From the NCBI GenBank assembly GCA_013239625.1, contig MU054391.1:5043824-5107823 (forward strand): a DNA stretch of 64,000 nt, written 5' to 3'. A program made the translations under genes and the position numbers. This document shows positions 34,947-46,950 of the stretch, one piece after another; position 1 is the first letter of the stretch; each line of letters starts with the position of its first letter. Under the pieces are notes generated by a model, which saw only the letters and a program-made list of their open reading frames with translations, had not been told where the DNA came from and made no database searches. The DNA is from Lama guanicoe (Eukaryota).

Positions 34947-37900
34947 CATTTTTTTAAAGACACACAAATTAGAAAAAAACATTTATATGTTCAGTTAAAA
35001 ACATCTTTAAAACCCAGCAACAAGCCACCAGTGCAGCTCTGAGGACACAGACTCGAAATGAGCGGTTATGAAATTATCACGTCACAGTGTAACTGACACA
35101 GTGGTAAGTTTTAATTTGCCATACAACACGGAACTAATTTATGGATCTGTCAAAAAATAACACTTCTTTAAAAAAATATTTTGGAATAACAAAAACAAAA
35201 TGCACAGAACACCACGTTCTATTCTCACCCAGGGAAGGCAAGTGACGATTGTAAATACTGGCTGCTGGCGCTGGAACCCTTCTCGCGTTTGGCTAACAAT
35301 GTTCAACTACTCCTACGCAGAGATCAAGACACAACCTTTAAAGGAAGGCAGGATGAAATCACACATTTTCACTCTGTATGGAGAAGGGTTTCTCTGGTTT
35401 CACCTGAATTATTTTTACTTTTATTCCTATTGCTTTCCATCGGGCCCCTCCTGGTTCAGGGAGGCAGCTGCGTACAGGTGACAGAAGATGGAGAAGACTG
35501 GCTTGGAACACGTGTGTGTCGAATGTTTGATTCCTTCTCTCCTGTGTAAATAAGTCAGGAGCGAATGGACTTTGTTGACAAACCCATAGATACAGAATCA
35601 AAAATGCTTAAAATCAGAAAAGAGGCATATTTTAAAAGGCTGTCAAACTCCTTACATGTGTTTGCCCTTTGACAGGAAAAAGCAAAGAGGAATGGTAACA
35701 AACCAATTTCTTAAAATTACCCCAAAACAGAGACTGGGCAGAATATGGTCATTTACAACACCAGTAAAGGCAGCCAGTCACTTTTTCCATTTCAAACATG
35801 TTATTAAGAAAATGGTTACTCATTTTACTGATGTTGCTCTGTAACTTTTGGTTTTTCATTATATTTCCATTTCTTTTTATAGTAGCAAAATCTGATAAAA
35901 CGGGACTGGAAAGATGGCTTTGCATCACTGAATAAGCTTTAGACAGTGATTTTGCGTGAATCTTTATATTCTTATTTACAGAACAGTCTTGGGTTTTTTT
36001 GTTTTGTTCTTTTGCTGTATAAAAGATCTACTGAAAGAAGACAGGTATAATCAGTCTTAAAGGCAAGACAAATTAGTTGGCATAAAAATGCATCTTCAGG
36101 CTCCATTTCAGAAAGTCTTCCCAATCAATGACCTATATAGAGCTTACCAGTTCTTTACTGGGGTTTGCATAATGTTAAAAAAATTCAAATAAATACTATT
36201 TTAAACATATAAAAACATTATTAAGCAGCAAACCAAGTAAAATGTAATTGGCTGCATCCTTGGTACAAGAGACACAAAAAGCAGCTTAGTCACTGATTTT
36301 AAGAGCAGTCCTACAAAATGCCAACGTGGAAGATCTCATTTTAAGTTTTTTCAGTATTGAGTTACTCTAGATAGATTTGACTGAGTGGTGCTGCAGAAAA
36401 TCACTGTAGAGATCCTCTGCTTCCTCATCTTGCAAATCCACATTTCAGAGTGGAATTTCTTTTTTTAATGCAAATATTTTCCTTCAGCATAAGGAGCGTG
36501 CATGGACACAAATGCACTTTTATAAGAAAGGACTGCAGAAAGCAGAACTTTCAGCATCTAACTGAAGTGTATAAACGATCAGCCATTCATTAAATGTACC
36601 CTGGGTTAAGTGTAGTTTTATAAGGTACTTGAGGGCAGTCAAGACTGTATTTCACAGCGTTATTTAGAATTCTGCACCTACGTTAAATCTGCTGTATTCA
36701 ATTTCAGCCAGGATGGACTATTAGTGGCTGAATAAAACTCCACAAAATACTGGTTTATATCTAAAACTCTGGACAAGTCCTTCACTGACAAAGTAGTAAC
36801 AGGCACTATTCTGAAACAATTATTCTCTCAAGTAATTTTTTCTTTCAACTGTAATGCAGAACCCTTCAAATCAATAAACTAATAATTTTGAACAATTCAA
36901 AATAAGGAAACAGAAAAGTATAAATGTCCAGAGTTGTCCATGAATATAGAAATTAAAATTCAAAACGTTTGAATTTTAAATAGGAGAGATTTTTGTCCTA
37001 AATGTAATGCAGACCTTGAATAAAAGTATAAACTTTGTAATTATTTTAATGGCAACATTTTAAAGTAATTTTTTCTGTAGTTTAAAATAAGGTGCAAATT
37101 AAATATTCTTTAAATATCTTTGAATGAAATACTATTTGAGAAGTTACACGGTGGTAAACTTTGTCCAGTAAAGTTGGTAATTCATATAAAATATTTTTTA
37201 GCATATATCTTCTTCAGTCTACATTGCACAAACAGAAACCAAAAAAGCAGAAAAAGTAAAAGGAGAAAATATTTTTCCAGTGGAGACTATTTCATTATTT
37301 AATTTAAAGATTCCATTTAACACTACGTTCACTAGAAAGGGTTTGTTGCCACACTTCTGATTTAATGGATTGAGAGGTTTTCTTGTTGCCTCAAAACACT
37401 TTTGAAAAGTCAGGGCTTTGAGCTCAAGTAGTAAAAGTAAATGACCAAGAAGACGATCCTGCCTGTGAATCCGCCCTTGCGTGTGGCTCTGACAGAGCTT
37501 GCTAATGGCTTCCACTCCTTACAAACACACTGGTCATGAGCTTCTGGAACTAACCCTTGGGCTTCACAGCAAGGTTCATCTGGAGGACAGGGGACTTGTC
37601 CAGGTCACCAGGCTCACCGATGACAGAGCCAGGTGAACACCCAGAGCTCTTCCCAGGACAACTGGTGCTTCAATGTGTGTGACCTTCACTTTTAAAAACC
37701 ATTCTTTTTACTGCATTTTTCCCTCAAAACTGGTATCTGTGGAAATCCTCTATGTGAATGTTATCCATGGTGGGAATCAATTTAAAAAATACTTTTTAAC
37801 CAAGAGTATGGTGGCAGTATACGTGGTGGCTGGACGTTTCTGAAGCCAAATACACCTCCTCTGTTACGCTGGGCACTTTAGAAGCCAAGTCAATTTCCTC

Positions 37901-40718
37901 AGTCATCCCGAGTTCCAATTAAAAAAAATGCTTCTTTTAAAAACCAAGAATAAGCCAGTTGGAAAATGGTGACAGCTGAGATATGTCAAAATAAATTAAC
38001 TTACTGTTTCAAGAAAATAAAATTGAGGGAAAGATAATTATTTTTGTTCATTTTCTCCCTGAGTAGTATAATAATTAAGTAAAAATATAAAAATGATATT
38101 GATCGATCATTTCTGGAGTGGTTCCATGACAACTGAAGAGTGGAGAAACAGTAACTTTAAATACACACTGAATCCTATTCTGTTGATTAAAAAAGAAGCA
38201 AGAAGCGCATATTACAACGAATCCCTTTAAACTTAGCATCGCAGAGCTGTACCAGTTTTCAATTCTCCTACTGTAATTAGAAGTAACGTATTAACCCTTA
38301 CAACGCTCCAAGTGGGTATATTCATTTTCTAAAGCACAAGGTCTCTTCTCGAGGAGAAAAGTCAAGCTGAGGATTAGAATTAGTTCTTCAGTTTTTCTCC
38401 AAGATTGCATACTTGTGATTGTAATTTCTCCAAAATTAAAGAAAAGGTATTCAAAACCTATTTCATACCAAAAACAAAACAAAAAACCCCACAAACCCCA
38501 GACAATCCAGATAATGGAAAGCCGTCAACTGTATCTATAACGTATTGTCTTCAACATAATTGGAAAATTCATCAATCATCTTGCTTTGATTACATTCATT
38601 GAGCAAAAAACATAAATAAGTTATTTTAGGTGTACAGACTGAGAAATCAAATGTAGTCAGGTAGTAGAAATAAATCATGATTATTCGGTAAGGGCTAGGT
38701 AGGCTGAACAAAAAAAAAGGTTTTATTACACTTTCTTGTTTGCACTTACGACATGCCTAGACTTGTCTTTTAACCTCTAAACTTGTTGACTTTTTCTTAA
38801 CAGTAGCCAGATTCTCTGCAGCATTAATTAAATTGAGGAGACACTGTGGGGGCCACTCTCCACATCCCACAGCTTAATTTCAGTGCCGGGGAAAATAGAG
38901 GAAAGGAATTTAGCAATCTGTCCTTTCCTGGGAGGTAACAGCATGGCTAACACCGTCAGGTGGAAAAAATTTACCTTTAGAAAAATAAAAACATTTCATA
39001 TAAACAAAGGCTAAGATATTACTAAAGTTCTAGGAAGATGCACTGCTATTTTTGCTAGTTAGACCTCAAAAGTTCCATGTATTTTGCCTTTCCTTTTGTC
39101 TTGAAATGAAGTACTACACAGCTTAAACCAGAGCGGTTCTGTCCGTAACTTCATTTGCAAATTTATTAATGATAAAAAAAAAGAGACTCACCATAGACAG
39201 ACAATTTGCATTTCATGAAAAATTTAAGGCAAAACGAAAAGAACTTCCACAGAAAATGGGTGGCATAACAGTGAATTCAGAAGGCCCCGCCCATCCTTCC
39301 CTCTCTTGGACCAGGATGTCCCCTCTGTGGCTGTGGCCCCACCCCAGGCTGGCATGACCCCCTCCACCCTGCCTTCAGCTCCTGCAGCATCACAAGACTG
39401 TGGGGAAAAAGGAGTAAAATGAGACGTCTAGCAATTCAAGATGAAATTAATTACGGTGAAAATGGCCCATGAGGTCAAAGTGCATTTTCCTACTTTCAGA
39501 ATCTAAAACTCATTAATAAGAGTGAATGGTAGAATTTTTATGTGAGAAGAGTTTGGAAACTGTATCATTCTCTAAAAATGTGGTTCAGACCTAATGATCA
39601 TAAGTTTCCATTTTCCTAAAACTTTTCCCAAATACCAATATAAATGTCAAGGATAAAGCAGTGATTAGCTCGAGAGTAAGCTAATTCCAAGATTTCTCTT
39701 TCAAAACCTTCAAGCAATCTCCCACTATTATTTTCATAATGCTTTTTATAATACTATATAACTTACGCTTGATAAATTTCTTTCACAAGTCCAACATAGT
39801 AAAAAGCTATTCAACTTTCATGTCTTACATAATTGCAAATAACTCATATAAACCGGGGGGACGTGCTTGTGCGGAGACCTGGCACCTGTGGGGGCCCGTC
39901 CCCGCCGCGCCCACGGAGCGCCTGCTTCATTCATGCCTGCCCGCCTTCCTCTGCCATCTTCTTTCTCTATTTTAAGAAAACAAGCTTAAAATATCACATC
40001 ATCAACCTTTGATTATACTGAAGAAATCTTCCCCTGAAGGGCTCTCTGCCTGACACAGGGTAATTAAGCTCTCCAGGAAAATAAGGTTCCTATAATTTGC
40101 CGTCCATTACTGTTTACCGTTTCCCTACAGACCACAGTCATTTGAGATACTTTAAGAAAACCCTTCAAATAGTGAGCTATTTATTGCATTTTAAAGTATC
40201 CGCCATCTTAAATATCCTGTTTAAATTCCTCCGGAAATCCTGTGCGACACACAACATCAAATATTGAAACAGTGTTCTCACAATATCCCACTTGAAAATA
40301 CCATTTAGGGACAATATTTTAGGGAATAGAAGGTTTAAGGCAAGACATTCATTTGGAAAAGTTAATTTTTCTCAACCATCCAGATTGACACAATTATTTT
40401 TCCACCTCTTCAGTGCCTTGGGATACGCAACATACATTCAGCAACAGGGCACACATATGACCGTGTGGACATATGCTGAGGTCCTGAGTGCCCATTGAAA
40501 TAATGGAAATGTTTTCATATAAGGCGTGGCCCACAGGGACATGGCATGGGAGGGGTTATTTCATTCCATTTCCAATCTGGGATACAGGGAATTCCCTACC
40601 TGTAACTGCCTGATTTCCCCCCGACATAATCTCTTTTCAAACAGACACAAATCCCTTGAAAGGTGCTAAGACTGGTTTCTGTTAACATACAAAAATAGCC
40701 ATCAGAGTGTTTTCTCCA
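34920..40718 (-). other. MBOAT2: MBOAT2 long 3' UTR (~5.8 kb if the distal site is used)
   Basis: AT-rich, apparently repeat-poor sequence after the stop codon; ends at ATTAAA followed by a GU-rich element. Confidence 0.6.
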
Positions 40719-40944
40719 TCATTGCTTTAATGATGAATGTCTAGAGGCTACTTCTTGATTCGGACTGCAAACATTGTTTGCTGTGGAAAAACTGTTCTGC
40801 CCCAAAGAATGTTCTCCTTCATCAAACTTTTTGGATCGTGACAGCTGAACATCTTCATGTGTCTTCTTTCCTCTTTGAGTTTTTTTCAGCGGCAACAACA
40901 ATAATACTAAGATACTAGCGATGTGAAGGCAGTAATACCAATGG
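40719..40944 (-). CDS. MBOAT2: MBOAT2 last coding exon (13): (S)HWYYCLHIASILVLLLLPLKKTQRGKKTHEDVQLSRSKKFDEGEHSLGQNSFSTANNVCSPNQEVASRHSSLKQ*
   Basis: Poly-T tag| acceptor, TGA at 40721-40719; C-terminus ...RHSSLKQ matches recalled MBOAT2. Confidence 0.95.
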
Positions 40945-42650
40945 CTAAAAAAAAAAAAAGGAAAAGAAAAGCTTACTTTATTAAATTCTGATCATTAACA
41001 GTCCTTAATAACTGCCCGCTGGTCAAGATGTCACAAGCCCCTCTTAGGGTGAGTATATTTCCGGCATTATTCTCTTATCCACACCCCTCAGGTGAAACTC
41101 TAGCAACATAGGCCACTGGGTATTTATAAAGCACTCCATAAACCCAGGCCACTTAGAAGCACAATACTACACATCATATTACATTCCTTTGTCAGGGTCA
41201 TAAGGCCACGACTAAAGAGAACAAAAACAAAAAGGTACTTCTTAATACTGATCTGAAAAAGATCTCTCAAAGCCACAGAATCAAATACTGAGCAAAGCAA
41301 GAGAATGCAGGCGGTAAAGGGACAGGAACAGCCTGACCTGCTACTTACTGCCCCTAATTAAGTCACAAACACTCCACTGATGTGAGTGACAGATAAGCGG
41401 TCCTGCTTCTTGATGGTGACTGTCATGAAATAAAGGTCACGCTATTGAAAATATTACTAGAAGCATCATGCCCCAAATTAAACACAAAGCAAATGTGACC
41501 TAAACGGCTTCTACAACTGTAAGCGGGAGTGCCTGTGCACAAAGTATCCGGGATGGATACTCCAACTGCATTTAAACATACACAATAAATCCTACTAAGA
41601 TGGAAATTCTAGCAGAAGTTACTTATGTCTTTCTGTACAATTACTGTCAGATTTAGTTCAACAATTTTTTGACCACATACTCTGTGCTGCCATTCTAAAT
41701 GCTGGGGTAATGAAGAATTTATGAAAGAAAAAAAGTTTCCGATCTCAAAGATACCAGTATCTAAGTGGGGAGGGTGGAATTTGGTGGGGGAGGGCGAGGA
41801 GATAAACATAAACAAAATATGGAATTCAAGACAATAATTTCTGTCATGCAGAGATGACAAAGTACCAGTGAGACACAGAAGAGTGAAAAGGGAACCACTA
41901 AATGAAATATAAGTAATTTATTATCTTTTGATCAAAGAAATTAAGAGAATAATTCCTTGTAAAGAACAAGCTACATTTTTTCTTTCTTAAAACTGCTTTC
42001 TCATATTCCTTATTGTTCATCCTTTTTACATTTTTTTTTTCAGAGTCAGCAGTCTGATAGCCTGAACTCTTGGTCCACGGACTGTACCAACAGTTACTCG
42101 TGACTATCAGAAGATACATCTTACTTCAGCCCCCAAAATATCCCCAGTGACTCTGAAGCCTCTGCTTTAACAGATAAACTGCTAATCCTTGGCTCTAGAG
42201 GAAGGGCGAGCAAACCACGGCCTAGGGCCAAAGCTAGCCTGACGGCTCTTTTTAATTGAGATATAACTGACACGTAACACTGTATTAGCTACAGGTGTAC
42301 AATTTAATGATTCAACATATGTATATACTGCCAGATGGTCACAATAATCCACTTAACATCCAAGCTCTGGAAAGAACAGCTCCACGTTGCAGTGAAACCT
42401 TTGAGGGATTCTAAGCAGCGGTTACCCGGCTGCTACTCCTTCCTCTAGGTCACGCTCTCGTCTGAGGTCTGAGGGCTGTGACTCCTTCCAGAAAAACCCT
42501 GAGACTACTTGGTTTAAGATTTAAAAGTAACCGATAATGCATTTAACTGCAGGAAATACATTAGGGTACTATTTTCCTATTCTACCCGATAGTAAGAAGC
42601 TTTCTCTTAAAAATAATTTCCACTGGCATCTTTTTAAGAGTAACACTTAC

Positions 42651-42802
42651 CTGTAAAACATGAACGACGGTTTTATAGAAAGAAGTACAAAGGGCAAGAC
42701 CGTGTAACTTACTGCCACTTGAGTTACTACCCATGTTATGATATCGTACAGTAACTTCAGTTGGGGAGTTTTGATGAAATGATGTCGAAAGTTATTTCTC
42801 AT
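42651..42802 (-). CDS. MBOAT2: MBOAT2 exon 12 (152 nt): MRNNFRHHFIKTPQLKLLYDIITWVVTQVAVSYTVLPFVLLSIKPSFMFY
   Basis: ORF 42647..42838; ttcag| acceptor, |gtaagt donor; phase 0/2. Confidence 0.96.
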
Positions 42803-43155
42803 CTGAAATAAAGAAACAAAAAAATTTCTCTTTAACACTGCTTATAAAATTACACTGACTGTATCAACTGTTTCAAGGATGTGGAGTAAGGGAAACTCTC
42901 ATCATTGCTGGCGGGTATCTAAAGTGGTCCTATATTATGGAAAAAGCTGGTTCAGGAAAAAAACTAATACATGACTATATAAAAAACAAGGAGGGCGCGA
43001 GAAAAAGCACGTGGGCAAAATGTGTAAATCTGGATCAAGGGAGTGCAGGATCTTTGCAAGTCTTCTGTAGATTCAAAGCTGTATTAAAAGTTTCCTCGAA
43101 CAGTTAAAAATAACACTGTCTAGGGCTCCTTAAATCACACCTATAAACTACAGCA

Positions 43156-43616
43156 CAGGCACACTGCGCTTTACTGTGCTTCCTGGATACTGCGTTTTTC
43201 ACAAACGGAAGGTTTGTGGCAACCCTGCATTAAGCCAGTCTATCGGTGCCATTTTTCCAACAGCATTTGCTCATTTTGTGTCTCCATGTCACATTTTGGT
43301 GATTCTTGCAATACTTTAAACTTTTTCATCATTATTATATTTGTAACGATGATGTGTGATCGCTGAGCTTTCCTGTTACCACTACGACTTGAAGGCTCAG
43401 ATGATGGTTAACATTTTCTAGCAATAACATATTTTTAAATTAAGGTCTGTACATTTAGACATAATGTTACATCACACTTAACAGCTACAGAATAATGTAA
43501 ACATAACTTTTGTATCAACTGGGAAACCAAAAACTTTGTGTGACTCGCTTTATTGCAACATTCATTTTATTGCTGAGGTCTGAAACCGAATGTACCATGT
43601 CTCCGAAGTGTGCCTG
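43156..43616 (+). mobile_element. Internally deleted Tigger1-type (TcMar) DNA transposon
   Basis: Terminal inverted repeats CAGGCACAC...GTGTGCCTG followed by TA; both ends match the recalled Tigger1 termini. Confidence 0.8.
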
Positions 43617-45377
43617 TATGTGAACAAAGTTCAACATGTTATCAGTCTTTCTACTACTACGCAGTGAGACATCTTTTGTCTTCTTAACCTCGGCATTTGT
43701 GCAAGACAGATGCTGTACACGGAGCTCAGGTCAAACAGCACTTATTTACATAAGCAGCAATTACACACATTATTCAGTCGTTAATGGAAACTGGGAAGGG
43801 CTTCTCAGAAAAAAGTGCATTCTACTAACCACCTTTTCAATATATTTTAGCTTCTGAAACAGTCAAACCATCTCAGTTTTGAAATGTGTACACTTAACTG
43901 AACACTATGTGTTTTCTCGTCTAATATGTTCACGGGTGAAGCGTGGTCCTGCTCCGAGATGCCACGTGGCTTTCCCAGAGGCGACCAGGTGAGGTTAATG
44001 CCTCTTCCACACAGAGACCAGCGCTCCCAGGGCCAAGTCCCCGTCCGGGCTCCGACCACATCCTGCCCTGCTCACCCCACGCTGGTACCCACTCTCCATC
44101 CTTCTGTCCCTGGGGCGAGTCAATTCCAGCTTCCAGGCATGGCTGCCACATCCTCCCACGCTCCCTCCTCACCTGACTCCTGATGTGCGGACAGAATGAG
44201 GTGCAGACTCTTACTCTGGGGAGTTTGTTCACAGTCTTCTATGGGTGGCCTCTTCCCCCCACACCCCTCGCCCCTGCCCTTTGTCTTTCCAGAATCATCT
44301 ACCATTTAGGCACACGTGAAGTCTCCGCTTCGACCAGATCTGCGTGTCAGTCCCAAATGCACGCACTTTCACATCTGGTGTTCCTAATGTCACTTTCTCC
44401 CCTCGTCACACACTACACTCACTTCTGAAATAACTTCCACCTTTCAAACCCCAAACCCAACCACCCTTTCCTCCTGAGGCCACTCTAGCAACCCAACCAA
44501 AAGGGGCTTCTTTCCCTCTAAACACCCCTGGTACTTGCCGTCTATAAAACCGCTGGAACTCCTCACATCTGCCCTTCGGTGTGCGAGCCCCCGCCCACAC
44601 CCGTACGGAGATACTGACAATAAACACACCCCTTACGCCCCTAATTAGACCACGAACTACAGAAGGTGGAGCCTTGAGTTATTCCTTCTTGACATTTCCC
44701 TCATACATCCCCAAGGCACCTTAAAGCCAAACACAGCAAGTACCTGCTAGTTTGTTAACTCAAGCCTCCTCACCTCTTGGTGACTTAATAAGCATGTCCA
44801 GATACTGCTGCTGTTACGTTACTTTCCCCTGATCGATTTTCAGGCACTTACACTAATTGCCTTTCTTCTTTGCCCAGCCAGGTCCCCACCTAACTCCTCA
44901 GCTGTTTCCCAAAATAACACACCAGGTGTCAACCAGGCCGAGCCCTACAGAAACTGCCCCGCTGCTCCGTGCCGTCGGCCCCGGGAACGGCCCGTCCGCG
45001 TCAGCCAGGTCTGCCCACATCCCGCTGTGCGTCGAAAAGAGGACTCAAAACCTGTAGCTTTCAGGACACATTTCTAAAATAAACCTACCCACCTGATCTT
45101 CGTTATTGAGCTCAGTTTTTAGCAATCCTTCAGGAGATTCTGGAAGACAAGGACACACCGTGGGGCCTCCGTGTGCCAGGTCGCCCTCTCAGAGGAACCA
45201 AGCGTGGTGCCCGCGAGACGCACTCAACAAACACGCTAGGAGCATGGCGTGCTCGTGGCCGGAGGGCAGCACTGACCAGGTCAAAGAAATAAGGCTGCCT
45301 GGTGAGAGGTTCCCCACCTTGTACAGCAGCCTTAGTGGACTGCCACTGACGTATGACGTGGGACTCGCCATACTCAC

Positions 45378-45510
45378 CACCCGTGCGGCCAGCGTCACCA
45401 CCACTCCCAGGAAAAACGTCAGGTAATATCCTGGGTAGACCCCATGCCAGATGGCAGAGAGAATGAACGTCTGGATAGTCGGACTCAAGGAGACGCGTTC
45501 ATAACATACC
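45378..45510 (-). CDS. MBOAT2: MBOAT2 exon 11 (133 nt): VCYERVSLSPTIQTFILSAIWHGVYPGYYLTFFLGVVVTLAARV, with the catalytic His (WHG)
   Basis: ORF 45189..45530; tag| acceptor, |gtgagt donor; MBOAT SAxWHG motif. Confidence 0.97.
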
Positions 45511-46885
45511 CTAGAAACCGTGGAAACCATGAGCGATTAGAGTTTATAAAAAGCCCACAGTGATCACTCTTTTATTACCAGTCGGGATTTAGGAAAACAA
45601 CCACAGCTCATCTTAGGCATCAGCTGGATCTGTGACCTCAGGGAGGTTACGGCTTTTAAGTATCAGATTTATGAAAAGATACTTAATTCCTATCTCTTCA
45701 CTGATACATATAACAGCTAAAATGATCATTTCCAGTGTTTGGGAGTCCAGACTATTTGCAGAAAGACATTAACAAACATAAAAGTTATTTTTATTTTATA
45801 TTATTTTATTATTTTCTTCAGTGATACTTAGAACTTTCACCTGATCTAAGGATACTCTTCTGGGAAGCAAGTTGTGCTTAGTCTAAAGTTTTCCTGTAAC
45901 AGGCAGAGAAATCAGATGAAAGTAAGATTTTCCTAAGGTATCAAATTTAAAACACAACGACAACAAGAAGTAACACCACAGATTAGCTCAGAAAATCCGC
46001 AGCCACCGGGCAGAGTGCAAGGCACCGTGAAGTGTCGACAGTCTATTTTGGATATTTCAAGGGGTAAAGAAACTAAACTTGTCATGAATAAAGGACATCA
46101 CAAAAGAAGGCTGCTTTACACACAACAGTACTTACAGCCCTACCATCACAGGAACAGTATTTTATGAAATACACTCAACATCGGACAGCGTGTCCCACTG
46201 GGAACAACGAGAACCCCTGGGAGTGTCTTCAGTGTCCTAACATCATATTTTGTAAACGGTCCCCTGCGGGGCTGCCCTCCCCTTCCCCTTGTCCGTGACA
46301 ACCTCCTAACCCCAAATCTCAGTGCGAGCTCCTCCTTCCCCTTTGTGCCCCACTGTTCCTGCTCCCTCCCTCCCTCCCTCTCACTACAGGGAACGGCAAG
46401 TGTGTGTGCGTGTATGCGCGCATGCGTGCTGCGTGGTTGACACTGTCACGTCTCTAACAAGACTGGGACTCTGACGGCAGGGGCTGTTCTGTCCATCTAA
46501 CTCATCTCTGCATCTTATGCCCAACGTAGGAAGGTCTGTTGTACTGAAATATTTAAAACCTGGAACTTGTGGAAAATCTAGGACGCACGTACATCTGTGT
46601 TTGAGCAACTCTCCGGAGAATGAGAGCGGGAGGGCGCTAGTGATCTCAGACCTTGGTGGGTGCCTCCGAAGGTGGGCGGAGAGGTCAGTGCGAGCTGCAT
46701 TCATGCATGACTCAAGCCTAAATGGCTCTCAGATTCGGTGGTTCCCTGCTTTGGAGGACATTAACTGTGTTTTCTGGTCAACACAAGTCACAGCATTAAC
46801 CTAACTGAGAATGTGAACTCAGTGAAACTCAACACAAGAGCCAGAGACCCGAGCACAGCGAATGGTGGCTCCTGAAGGTGCTTAC

Positions 46886-46950
46886 CTCTTCAGCCAGAGA
46901 GCTGTCTGAATATTCCAGTTATCCACAAACATCTTGAAACTTGTTGACAT
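46886..46950 (-). CDS. MBOAT2: MBOAT2 exon 10 (65 nt): MSTSFKMFVDNWNIQTALWLK(R), with the conserved WN Asn
   Basis: gcag| acceptor, |gtaagc donor; MBOAT WN motif. Confidence 0.96.
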
